Origin: Tricharina praecox
Taxonomy: Eukaryota
Assembly: GCF_024521635.1 (NCBI RefSeq)
Contig: NW_026250433.1
Location: forward strand, 1-64,000
Direction of reading: 5' to 3'
Length of the DNA stretch: 64,000 nt
The notes under the pieces were generated by a model that was not told where the DNA came from, did not search any database, and saw only the letters and a program-made list of their open reading frames with translations. Shown here piece by piece: positions 1-11,468 of the stretch. The first letter of the stretch is position 1. Every line of letters starts with the position of its first letter. Both the position numbers and the translations under genes were made by a program.

Positions 1-643
1 GCCCATACAAAACAAGCAATTAAGCGAGTGATGAGTGGATTCCATGCTCGGTTTCAGTTGCCGGGAGTACACGTACACTGTGCGCTTCTGGAATGAAAAT
101 CATTTACGCTCAGTGAGCTGTGAGCAGCCATCGGGAGGGAAAGCACAGGAACTCCGAGTCCCACGGTCATCATCCGGGGGGCAAATACGGACTGGTCGCC
201 ATCTCATCCTTCTTCTTCTGCTCCGTGACTGAGCCTTGAGGTCGTCCTTGTTCATACTCCGCAGCGGAGGCTTTCCTCTCCACATAGCATCCCCAATACC
301 TCCACCGTCTTGACCACATCACATCAGAAGACTTCCTCTTAAGTTCTCCATATGCACGCCGTGCACCGTCTTGATCCCACGCCACACCTTTCGCACACGC
401 CAGTTATTGCATCCTCCACCACTAATACGGTATGCAGCACTCGTCACGCTGAGTCACGGGGGAGATACTCATTCACCGCCACGCACGCACGTTCGTCGAA
501 ACAAAACGGACTGATCAGTCGTGAGTCCGGCAACAACCAACGTATGCCATACTAGTACAGCACTGCTGTTCAAGAGAACGGTTTCCGGAGCGGATTATGT
601 AACAGACAGCTTCGTTTTCAGAAGTCAAGTCGGGGGTTGATCG

Positions 644-644
<1 letters not shown>

Positions 645-675
<31 letters not shown>
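645..675. repeat. Poly-C homopolymer (31 nt)
   Basis: Uninterrupted C run; poly-G on the minus strand. Confidence 0.95.
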
Positions 676-676
<1 letters not shown>

Positions 677-858
677 AATCCCCGATACGTTGCGTGGGTG
701 CGTGTATCCGCTTTGAATGCTGACCAGCAGGAAGACTACCTATGCCGTCGAGATCCGAGGAGCTCGATGCCACGACGGGCCCTACGGCCACCGATACCCT
801 TGCGCCTGCCGATTCTATTGCGACCAGAGTGCGGTGGTGAAGGTTGGCGGTATGTAGT

Positions 859-1095
859 CAGTGTTCGACATAGTCCATTCCGTCCGTCCTGAGCCTCGGA
901 CTGGACAGGACTGCATCTTGGCAGTCTGTCTAGGAGCGGTGTTCGGACGGACTAGTCCAAAAAAATCGAGGGCAGGGCGGACTGCAGTCGACTATAGTCC
1001 GCACCCAGTTCACGAAATCCATGGACTGGACGGACTACTTGTACGCAGTCCGTCCAGTTCAGACTGCAGTCCGGACCGGACTATGTCGAACACTG
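859..1095 (+). mobile_element. hAT-like MITE, copy 1
   Basis: TIRs CAGTGTTCGACATAGTCC...GGACTATGTCGAACACTG, many GGACT/AGTCC subterminal repeats, no coding capacity. The CAG start and 8-bp target site point to hAT. Confidence 0.85.
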
Positions 1096-1614
1096 GCTGC
1101 ATTTCCCCGCACCTGAGGATGAGGATTCTTCGAGCCACGGAGCAAGGATGCGGATCGGGTAGTGGTAGATATAATACAACAACATCTCTAGTAGTTGCTA
1201 GGGATTTGTTACGGATTGTTTTGAAGACCGGTCACCAAAAGATAACTGCGCCCGGGTTTCAGAGGTGATGCTGCGCCCTTCCCAACAATACAGAACTGAA
1301 ACAGCTTTTTGAATCTTGATGTTCTCGAGTCGTTGATTTCGATGCTGGGGTTGCGAACCTGTGCCTAAGTAGCAACATCGTCAGGTCCGTCTCTCCCGAG
1401 AAGCGTGCGAAATCTCTCCAGACTCCAGTGCACAGGTACGGCGGTAGAGTACCGCCGGTGGATCGCTTCATTGCCGCTCGAAGTTGCCATGGGAGTCGCC
1501 TGGTACCCCGCAATATATGATACAACATATCCAAACTCCGAACCTCTTCTATATCACGGCCCAGTCAACTTACCTTCATAGTTCACCCAAGAGTTAGCAC
1601 CAAATACATTATGT

Positions 1615-1828
1615 CAGTGTTCGATATAGTCCGGTCCGGACTGGACGGACTGCGTAAAAGTATTCCGTCCAGTCCATGGATTTCGCGGATTGGGTGCGGA
1701 CTGCAATCCGTCCTGCCCTTGATATTTTTTGGACTAGTCCGTCCAAACATCTCTCCCAGACGGACTGTCAAGATACAGTCCAGTCCGAGGCTCAGGACGG
1801 ACGGACTGGACTATTATGTCGAACACTG
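1615..1828 (-). mobile_element. hAT-like MITE, copy 2 (inverted relative to copy 1)
   Basis: Reverse complement aligns with 859-1095 end to end; substitutions are mostly transitions, plus a few short indels. Confidence 0.85.
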
Positions 1829-2015
1829 AATGCAGCACCGATTGATGGCTTGTGCATGCGGAACTCGTTGTTGGTGGAATAGGAAATTGTTTCTGGGCTA
1901 CCCATCCGTACTCTCCATAGCACCTAGAATATCCACGTGAGCATACCTCCAGAAGTACTATCGACAAGGGTGGCTGGTTGAGCTGTTGGAATAGTACCGT
2001 TTACCGATATTCCGC

Positions 2016-2152
2016 TAGAGAGGTGGTATGCCTGTGGAATTGGCCTGCCTGTCGAACCCGCTCAGACTTTAGGAGAGGAGTTTATGGATGATTGGTTAGC
2101 GTCTGAGCGGGTTCGACAGGTAGGCCAATTCCACAGGCATACCACCTCTCTA
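2016..2152. repeat. 52-bp inverted repeat with 33-nt spacer
   Basis: 2016-2067 is the reverse complement of 2101-2152 with a single mismatch. Confidence 0.95.
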
Positions 2153-2373
2153 ATCAGGCAACTTGACGGTGTGCGTAAGGGCAGCTACCCAGTGGAAAGC
2201 TTCTGTAAGTGCCCACAACATGTGGCGCCGCGCCGCCGTCAGCCACTGGTGCGTGAGTGTTGGTAGACTTCCTGTAGAGTAATGGTACCCGTATTGTGCC
2301 TCTGGTTTCAGAGCCGGATCCCTGGTAGCGAGTATACGAGAAAACATTCCGGTCTGACCACAGAGAAGGTGGC

Positions 2374-2433
2374 GAAGAAGAAGAAGAAGAAAAAGAAGAA
2401 GAAAAAGAAGAAGAAAAAGAAGAAGAAGAAGAA
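2374..2433. repeat. (GAA/AAA)n trinucleotide microsatellite
   Basis: About 20 GAA/AAA units. Confidence 0.95.
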
Positions 2434-2880
2434 GCGTCTCTTGAGTCTTGAGTACGACTGGTAGGGTTGCCAAGATCGTATCTGCATGGACGGGAGGTTC
2501 GGTGTCCCCGTAAGAAGGGCGGGAATCTTCAAGAAAGAGCAAAGTAGAGTACTCTACTAGAGTACCTACCCTGTTGTGTAGCCTGAAAGTCTCATGTAGC
2601 GAACAAATCACAGCCTTCAAATCCTGTGTGACGGTTCCGAAGGCTGCGTTTATACATGAACTGGCAGCTACACGAACCCGAACGAGGAACCAGAGGCGCC
2701 TACATAATAACTAACAGACAGTCTAAGTAGACTTTGGTCCCCGTGCGCCTCATATTCTGGTCCTTGGCCATGGCGATCATTCCAGGCCTGGAAATGGGGG
2801 CTGGGATTCGTGTCGACAGTGAAAATATATGTTGAGAGGAGACCCGTCTCCTACCGTACACCGCAGTGTCGCCCCGGCTC

Positions 2881-3683
2881 ATCCCCTAGTAAACGGCAGT
2901 CCCTTATTGATGCGTTTGTCCGTTCCATTCAGCAACATTTCGGACTGTACTTGATACGAGCGATACTGGATGTCGAACAGCCCCGCCACCGTGGTGTTCT
3001 CGCTCGTAGCACTTTGCCAGATGTCGAAAATACCCGCGGGAATTTCTGCGGTCACATCTAGATTTGGCCCACGGGTATTCGTTCCATTTGCGGTCCTTCC
3101 CGGCGGCCACGACTGTCCCGGGCACGGCATCGAAAACGCGCCACACAGCCGCGTGAAGCCGTACTCATCCCTCTCGGGAATGCCGACACCGAACGGGCCA
3201 TCGTCGCGCACATACTCGAAGGGGCGGACCCTCGAGTGCTTCCCCGCAATCTGCTCTGAGAGGCCGAGAGGCGTGACTACTCCGGCAATAGCCAGGAAAA
3301 CTAGCCCGAGTGCACTGAATATCCGCAGCGCGGTCACCCGTCCGTTCACGTTGTGGAAGTTGGTCGAGTCCGCGGACAGGATCGTCGGCCAGAACGTGGC
3401 GTGCACGAAGCGGCAGACGACGGACCTAAGGAGCTTAGAGGTTGATCGACATCGGGCTGCCGCCGGATGCAAGCACGTACCATGTTGCGGCCGTGTTGCC
3501 TTTGTTGAGCACTCCGGCTAGGACAAATACCAGCAGCAGTGGAAACGTGATTTGAGCTTCGGATTCGGTCGGGTCAGTCCTGGGTACATAGTCGTCGGGG
3601 ATGGTGAGATGGAGCGAGTACAGACCGATGAGGATTGCAAAGTTGATGGCACCGGACACTTGACCAACCGTGATGTCGGTCAT
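2881..3683 (-). pseudogene. 5' part (codons 1-226) of a fungal multi-TM membrane protein gene, lying in an inverted segment
   Basis: Exons 3683-3626, 3556-3481, 3425-2881 with canonical GT/AG introns: MTDITVGQVSGAINFAILIAQITFPLLL...NTAATWSVV...AGVVTPLGL...GLFDIQYRSY...LPFTRG, then TGA right at the breakpoint. Confidence 0.85.
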
Positions 3684-3700
3684 CTTGCTGCAGAGAGGCT

Positions 3701-5347
3701 CCTTCCGCATGTTCGATTCGCTGGCTTTGAATAACAGATACGGTATCATCGAGGGCCTAGTTGTTGACACCATAAATGGCGGCATCGCATTCCGTAATCA
3801 TACCATCCCCACAGGACTCTCGCAGGGCGGCACATGGAAGGAAGACCTGCTTTGGGTCACGCCGGACACCGAGTGCGTCAACATGAACTTAACGCTCGAG
3901 TTCGTGATGCGAGGAGAGCTCGGCGGGCCGGGGCACTACGTCACCCTGCGGGATAACGGGGGGTTCAAGAACTTGGTCAAGGACTATCAATACATCGATC
4001 TTAACGATACGCAGGCTCGACCGACACTTGCGGGCCGCGCCTGGAAGGCCGCTTCGTTCAATAACCTGCTGTTGATGAGGTACTTGAACTTGACACGTAC
4101 CGGAGTGATACCCGAGACCTTCAATATGACCGGTGAGCTGGGAAAGGCCCGGTTGGATCCGTATCAGCTTCGCATGCACGATACCGGCCTTAATCCTCTG
4201 CCAGGACTGCCATTCAACGATGAGCTCGACACCGGTAAGCCTAGGTTCTACATACTACCGTGTATCCTTGTATGTGCTTTGATGCTGATGAGCGTATGGG
4301 GATAGATGCCATTGCGGAAGGATATGGAGGTGCAGACATCGCCAGCATCAACCGTATCGCAGCGAAAGTGGGTCTCTTGATGGGCATGGCCAGCCCTCTC
4401 GGCAACAACATTGCGGCTTCGATACGGCGAGAATCCAACACGAACTGGAAGCAACCGCTCTACGTCTGCGCCTCCGCACTGAAGGCTTCGGTGCAAGAGG
4501 TGACCTTCGCCGTCAACGGCAGTTCCATCTCCGACATCCAAGTCATGGACGTTTCCAAAACAGCCCGAGTGAGACTCTGGGCAGTGGAAGACAGCGGGTA
4601 TGCCATCGCCAACATAGACCCAATGTGGGGACTAGTCTCGGACGAGTGGGAGGACGCACCGGGCTGTCAATTCTCCGCAGCGACCGACTGTACCTCCCAG
4701 CCGGCGCGGGAGGAACCTTCTCCAGCGGCATCTCATACCAGCCGGATGCGATGGCCGGCACCCACGGGCTGCTCACCGTTCTGAGCGAAACATACACAAA
4801 AGTTCTGACCGTCGGCGCGCTTTCCGCGCCCGAATACCTGCCGGACTACACCGACTTCGTCAGCTACCCGATGTACACACGGTGGCAGAACCTGTCGAAG
4901 AGCACCGAGTCCGCCACACTAATCTTCAACCTCCTCTGGACGGACATCGCCGCGAGCCTGGTGACGGGCAGCAAGCCTCATCTCGCATCATCATCAACAG
5001 CATCCGCTGACCCCTCGCGGCCTGTCCTCGTCTTCGAGCGTCGCATCAAATACGACCTCCGCTACGCGATCCCGGCGATGCTCTTCGCGGCGCTATGGCT
5101 GGTCCTCGGGATCGCGTTCCTGCTCGTCCTGCTGTTCGCTGGCACCAGAGTTGCGCATATCACGCAGCTGCTCAATCACACCGCCACCGGAAGGGTCGTC
5201 ACGAACATCGTCGCTCCGGATATGGCCCCGCCTGGGGCGCCGACAAAGGAGTGGGCGAAATCCGCCGGCGTGATGAGTTTTAGGCTGGAGAGTGAGAAGG
5301 TTGCCGTCGAGAGGGTGGAGGGGTGCCTGCCGGCGAAAGGGAGTTAG
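3701..5347 (+). pseudogene. 3' part of the same membrane protein gene (about 751 aa if restored)
   Basis: (S)FRMFDSL...EGLVVDTINGGIAFRNHT...WKEDLLWVTPDTECVNMNLTL; intron 4235-4305; 1-nt frameshift at ~4661-4663; C-terminal TM (YAIPAMLFAALWLVLGIAFLLVLL); stop at 5347. Confidence 0.85.
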
Positions 5348-5779
5348 GTTGCGTACTTATACTTGGTTGGAAGGGGCGGATTTAATAAGATGAGATGTGG
5401 TGCGGCATCCAACGGTAACCAGTGGCCGTGGCCGTGGGAGGCAGGACGGATACGGTATAAATCGCTTATGTAGCGCAAGATATTCAGAGTAAATAAATGA
5501 TCCCAAAGCTTTAAATGTGGTCACTCCCGCCGCAAATGTTCATATGTACTCACTCACTACTCAGTCAATGAAGGCAGGTGGCAATGGGTGGTTTCTGTCA
5601 CCATGGATTTATATTTGTTGAAGTATTTGGGTAGAGAGATGGTGATATTCTATTCGGTACAGAAAGAAGTAGATACTGGTATTGCAATATCTCCATCTGA
5701 TTCTGGGATGGTGGATGGCTGAGAACCTATGTAGTTCGAAAGTCTGGGGAAATCGGACCACCCTCTCGGAACCGAATGC

Positions 5780-8330
5780 ATAACTTCGGTACTCTATATA
5801 GAGTAGCCTCGCAGTTTTCCAACCAATCAGACCCCACAGGCCGATCGTTAACCGAACCCACACCCATACAGGGCTCAGATACGTAGCGTCATTGATGATT
5901 GCAGGCGAAGATGCCAATGCTAAAAACAACCTCATTGCAGCACCGGGCCCAAGTTAACAATATTAAGGAACTGCATATTGTCGACTGAGCCACAACTTCA
6001 CAGATTAATCTGCGGACAACCACCAGTACATCGTTGTCAGAAAATAAGAGCGGCGTGCTGTTGAACATCTGGGATTTCGGACGGGTCATCGGGGGAGATG
6101 AGCGTTTGCTTCCGGCTGCGGCTTTGGTAACCTTCAACTGGTCAGAAACCCCAGGTTGAAACTGAAAATGTAGCTGGTACCTGAGCAGTGTGGGACGCAG
6201 CTGGAACTGGCGTCTTGGTAGCACTTTTCGACCCTTGGCTGCGGACCTTGGGCGGATTTTTCGCCAAGACGTTGGGACTGGCTGTCGTACCTGGGGCTGC
6301 AGGGGGGACCTGTTTCTGTTTTGCTCGTCGATTCTGTTTTGTTTTGGTTGCTCGTGTTCTTCTTGACGGTTGTACGACGATGCGGCGGCGGCCAAAGTTG
6401 GCCGATCTGTTATATTTATGTCGGCGGGTTTGTCTGTCTCTCCCTCATCCTCCATCATCACTATTCTTCACCTATCGATAGTTCATCACTTGATTTCTTT
6501 GCTGCTTGCTTTCTTCAAGTCGGCCGACGGCCGCTCCGGCTCCTGCTCCCTCACTGCCAACCCAACCACAACAATAATCCGACATCATCAATGATCCCAA
6601 TAATACCTCCCGATTACCCACCCTCATACATCACATTAATCCCTGCCAACAACCCGAATCCTTTGGTTCGGTTACTCACCATCTTCCGAGCCCTCCGTAC
6701 CCTGATATTGAGCGGAGGATAATAACCGCCTACTACGCCCGCCACGCACGGGCCAAATGCATCCAATGTCGGTTGGTTCCGGATACCGAACGTTTTCCTT
6801 TTCCGAAAGTGGCACGAAATATGCCTGGCGAAGCAATTATTGAGTTTGCTCTACCGCGGTTGGTGAGTTCTTCCTTCGGTGCCTACCTATCCCACCGTCC
6901 TCATGCTAATTGCAATAGCTTCTACCACCTAGCATCGCACCGCAACCTCCCCCGCTACCGGTACTCCCGGTCTTCGCCGTACACTGTGTGTCCTGTGTCG
7001 TTCCGTTTCACAATGCTATTCGCAACGGAGGTTGGCTTCAGTGGATTGCAAAGGGCTTTGGCCCTTCCTATGATACCTGGGAATGGGCTTCGGCCCTGCC
7101 CACGGCAAAGGGTTTTGCGCTGCCGACAATCCCCGGTCAGACTACGAAGGCCGGCGGAGCACCGATGCCAATCGCAACGAGGTCCATCTGTCGGCTGTGC
7201 TTCACGCATACCTGTCTCACAATCCTCTTAATTAGGTGCAGAAATACCCCATATGTATGTAGAACCTGTTGTTGTTCTACGTTCAAACGGCTGATAATTG
7301 TTTCGGGGATAATAAGATCCTTTGCTTCGCGCCCGATTGGGTGGGCATCGCTGCTTCCACTCCCACCTGACTGCCTCTCTGTCTGGTACAGAAAACAAAC
7401 CTCACAAAGCAAAGAAGTTATACTGGACGGTGAGGATGGCTACTCTATATCCCTGGGGCTTCTCGCCACAGGCCAGGTCTGGATGGATGCGGGAAATCAG
7501 GGGGGGCCGCCGAATCATGTATCGAATATGTCGTACACTAGGCCGGTCTTTTACATCGCGAGCGCCGCCTACTCCGCAGGGCTTACTGAAGGAGAGCTCT
7601 GCCACTATCTTAGCAGTGCGTCAATTCGCACCCTAGGACCACCACCCATCCCGCCTCGCACGAGCTCACTTCCACCTGTTACTGGCCGGATGTACAACAT
7701 GGGAAACTGGAGCTCCGTCTCCCTGATTTCATCGTTGTCTTCTGGACCCAGCATGATGAATTTGGTTAGCATCTCATAAATCCGGCATGCACACCAACAA
7801 TCCTGCAAGAAGAATTGAGTTTTGGCTTTTTAGTCGCTTGCATGTGGAGTGATTGTTTTTCTTATTTTTCTTTAGCACATCGAATCTGAATAGGAGGATG
7901 GTCTTGTTCATCTCCCATTGTGCCTGAAGATATTTTTGTCTAGTGTGAGAGATTCATTGTAATAAAAAGGCGTGGATACTTGGGAGAATCGAGAGTAACT
8001 CAATATCATGGTCCGGCGACAATAATACCAGTAGTAGATACTGCGCCATATCCCTTTGAATGTTTCCACTGAGTCGAGGTACGGCACGGAGGGGGTGGAG
8101 AGACAGGTGGGTGGAGGCAACTTCATAGTGTGTACGTTCTGATGTCGGGCTGACGTCAAGTGGTATGGTGAGGTAACTGTGCGGCCGACTAAGAGATCCC
8201 TCGCCACTGCCGTACCACCTATGCCCGTACCACAGGCCAGCCTCCTTCAGCCGGCTGATGTTACCGGTTTCTAGGCTTTGTTGAAAATAAACCAAGCCGA
8301 GTGATTTATGGTGAAGATCGGTGATGAATT
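5780..8330 (-). mobile_element. Heavily decayed Helitron-like Rep/PIF1-helicase relic
   Basis: Across shifting minus frames, in the expected order: RAVPRL..QYLLLVLL (~8070), RLNVEQ (~7285), GIVGSAKPF (Walker A-like, ~7125), PTSVANSI..TGHT (motif Ia-like, ~7025), VRC*VVEAIAISM (Walker B-like, ~6925), LNIRVRRARKMVSN..GLLAG (~6690), QFL/LLTWA and FACNHQ*RYVS (~5970-5880). Many stops. Confidence 0.55.
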
Positions 8331-8451
8331 GCCGAGATTTCTCCGGCAAGATGTTACACGAGGTCACGTGTGACCAATCATCGTCCCATTGGTTTTCCCC
8401 ACCATCTTCTCCGCCAGCGCTCCTCGCACACGACCATCACCATCCTCGACC

Positions 8452-9733
8452 ATGCCGCCAACTCTCCATCTTCGGCTACCGCCACCGCCCCTGAAGTGCC
8501 TCTTCAACTTGCGTAGCCAACGCCATGCCGTGCGGCACTCCTCGACTGCTGCGTCCACGCCCCCACCGTCGCGACGGCGGCCGAAAACTGCCATGTTCTT
8601 TCCAGGTAGAGTACCCATCCCACGCACGCACGCACGCGCGCGCTCCTCTGTGTGCCAGGGCTCCCTTTGCTTACACATGTCATGGCGCAACCACAGGCCA
8701 GGGCACGCAGAAAGTCGGGATGCTGACGCCACTGCTGTCGGCGTTTCCGCGCACGGTAAAGCCGCTGTTCGAGCTCCTGGACGACACGCTGCCGCCGGCG
8801 GACGGGCAAGCGCCGCTATCGCGGATCATTGCCGAGGGGCCCAACGAGGTCATCACCGCGACGGAAAACGCGCAGCCCGCGATCCTGTTCACGTCGATCG
8901 TGATCCTGCGGATCCTTGAGCAGGAGTTCAACCTCTCGCCGCGCGCGCAGACAGACTTCTTTCTCGGACACTCGCTGGGTGAGTTCACGTCGCTGGTGGC
9001 TGCGGGCGTGTTGAAGCTCGAGGAGGTGCTGCGGCTTGTAAGGCGGCGCGGAGAGGTCATGCGGGACTGCGCGATCCGCGCGTCGATACCGGAGATGGAG
9101 GGCGGGCCAGGCGAAACGGGAATGGTCGCGCTGCTGGTCGAGCAGAAGTACCTTCCCGGGTTAATTGCGAGCGTTGATAGCTTCATGCACTCGGAGACGC
9201 TGCCGAATGATGAGTTCCTGAGCATTGCGAATATCAACTCGTCCACGCAGATCGTCCTCAGCGGCCACTTGAAGGCGATCAATATGTGCATCTGCCACAT
9301 TCGGAAGTTTTCTGGACATGACCCGCGCGCGCTGCGTCTTAATGTCTCGGCCCCGTTCCATTCGATGGTTATGGCGCCTGCTGTCCCGGTCGTCGCGAGG
9401 ATGCTGCAGGAGATGGAGGTCGTCTTCCCCCCGCCGGATGGGGCGGAGGTGATCGCTAATGTTACTGCAAAACCTTACGAGTCCGCCGAGCAGTTGAGGC
9501 AGCAGCTGGCGATGCAGTGCACAGCGACCGTCAAGTGGGCGGAGAGCATCAAGTATCTCGATCTCGAGCGGGACGTGGCGCGGTGGATCGGGATTGGGCC
9601 GGGTAAGGTGGGGCGGAACTTGGTGGGTCGCGAGGTTCGGGGCGGCATGAAAAGAGTCGTTGGCGTCGAAGGTAATGACGCCAAGAACCTTGAGGATGCC
9701 GTGAAGGCGCTTGAGAGGATGGATGTCGATTAG
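8452..9733 (+). CDS. MCT1: Malonyl-CoA:ACP transacylase (FabD-like, mitochondrial), 396 aa
   Basis: Exons 8452-8605 and 8697-9733. FPGQG, GHSLGE, ANINS, SAPFHS motifs; Arg-rich presequence-like N-terminus. Confidence 0.92.
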
Positions 9734-10051
9734 TGCGATCCATGTTCTCTATGATGGGCGTTTCGATCGACCGGTGGACTTCTGCAAACTTGCATTGCGT
9801 TTCTTTAGATGTTTGGCGTCTTGGTGGAGCATATATTGAGTGATTTTCCTTTTTTTTCTTTTGGCTATGATAGTGACGGTTGGCACTTTCCTTCTCCTTC
9901 TTACTTGGCTCGAGTGGATAACCCTTTTACTTTTGCTTGTATTTTTACTTTCTCCCACTGTTTTAGGTATATATACCAGCTCATCACGAAATCTAGCTGA
10001 TGAACACATATGCTTGACGCACACAACCCTCTCCCATCTCTCCCACTCTAT

Positions 10052-11004
10052 CTATCTGAGCATGACCATCCCTCCATTGGCACACACAACCTGGCCGGTA
10101 CAGTACTGCGCATCGGCACTACAAAGCATGCCGACAATCCCCGCCACCTCCTCGGGCGTTCCCCAGCGCCCTCCAGTCCCCGCGTACAGGTCCACCCGGT
10201 CCTTGTAAACGCCCGCCTTCTCGGCCGCGCTCAGCTGTGCCAGCGGCGTCAGCTGCAGCAGCGGCCGCATCTGGTCGTGGAACTCGGGAGATGTCGTCCC
10301 GTACCTGCCCATTGTTCATCAGCCGCCTATCCTTCAAGGGGGGGAGGGGGGCAACTCACATCCTAGTATCGACCGGCCCGGGATTGATAGCATTAACGGT
10401 GGCCCTCTCGGCGAGCTCCCTCGCCCACGTCCTCGTCATAGCCTCCAGGGCGGCCTTGGTACCACCATAGACGCTCTGCGCCATGAGTCCCATACTCGCG
10501 CTGATGCTGCTAACATTCACAATCCTGCCTGAGCGGTCCTTCGGCAGGGAGTTCACGGCCGCCTGCACCAGCAGCAGCGGACCACGGACATTGACGTCGT
10601 ACTGCCGCGTGAACTCGTCGGCCGTTACCGCACCAAGGTAGTGGTTCCCTGACGTGCCAGAGTTGTTGATGATTATGTCGATTTGACGGCCGCCGGCGGC
10701 AGCGATCACGGATGAGGGACCGCTGACGCTCCCAAGGTCCGCACAGATGATGGAGACGGACACGGATGGGTATTGGCGTGCCAGGCTGCTGTGTACTTCT
10801 TTTATTGCCGCGAGAGAGGTGGGAGAGCTGTGGTTTAGCAGCAGCGAACACCCCTTGCTGGCCAGGTTGTGGGCTACTGCCGCGCCGATTCCTGCGCGGG
10901 GGTTAGCAGAGGCGGGGAAGGGAGACGGCGGGATACATACCACGCGAGGCACCGGTGACGATGGCGAATTTTCCGTCGAGGGAGAGGGCGGCGGCGGTGG
11001 ACAT
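10052..11004 (-). CDS. Classical short-chain dehydrogenase/reductase (FabG-like)
   Basis: TGASRGIG (spanning intron 1), NNSG, NVSS, YGGTK, NPGPVDT; two GT/AG introns. Confidence 0.9.
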
Positions 11005-11468
11005 GTTGGTTTCGTTGTTGCTTTTGATCTGGCAATTGGAATGGCTTCTTCGGTAGGTACGGCGGTTTGCAGGGCGAGCGGGCAATGGGGGGTTCAAATA
11101 CCCCGTTCGACAGAGATTATTCCTGCCATTGCTACATACGCTCCAGCACGCACCAGCAATGGATCAATGCTCATCATCGTCGTCGCCGCCCATCTCCCCG
11201 CTGTGAATAGGCTGAAAGAACCCCCACTATTTAGCGTGCCCCGCATTAATCTACCGTAGATATGCAGATACGAGCGATCCCTAACCCACCTCGATATTGC
11301 AAGAAACGCGTGGGCTTATCAACCTTCCGGTGCATGCTCGTCCGCCCTTGCAGCGCGAGGAGCCATGCGTTCCGTGGCTATATAAAGCAAATATGTATGA
11401 TAGATAGGTAGCTGGAGATGGACAATAAAATCGATGCTTGCATTTCAATTGACACTACAACCCTGACA

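Larger units (their letters stand above)
1829..2620 (-). pseudogene. Possible decayed BTB/POZ-like gene, cut by the MITE-associated inversion and continuing on + from 1096
   Basis: Intron-like GTATGC..GCTAAC..AG signals on minus. Joining the minus strand at 1829 to + 1096 through GCTGCATT gives ...EFRMHK..IGAA.SPHLR, reminiscent of the BTB F-x-V-H-K/R...SP motif. Stops and frameshifts present. Confidence 0.3.

Noticed and set aside
100..385. Possible LINE RT fragment (WSRRWRYWGCYVERK)
   Set aside because: Too short and degenerate to support without a search.
2870..3712. Site-specific recombinase inverted repeats at the inversion ends
   Set aside because: Only 1 bp of true inverted identity; GGCTC is in direct orientation; no recombinase gene in the window.
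6988..7779. 263-aa + ORF with chromodomain-like KGFGPSYDTWE
   Set aside because: The rest of the chromodomain is absent and the opposite strand carries ordered helicase-like motifs.
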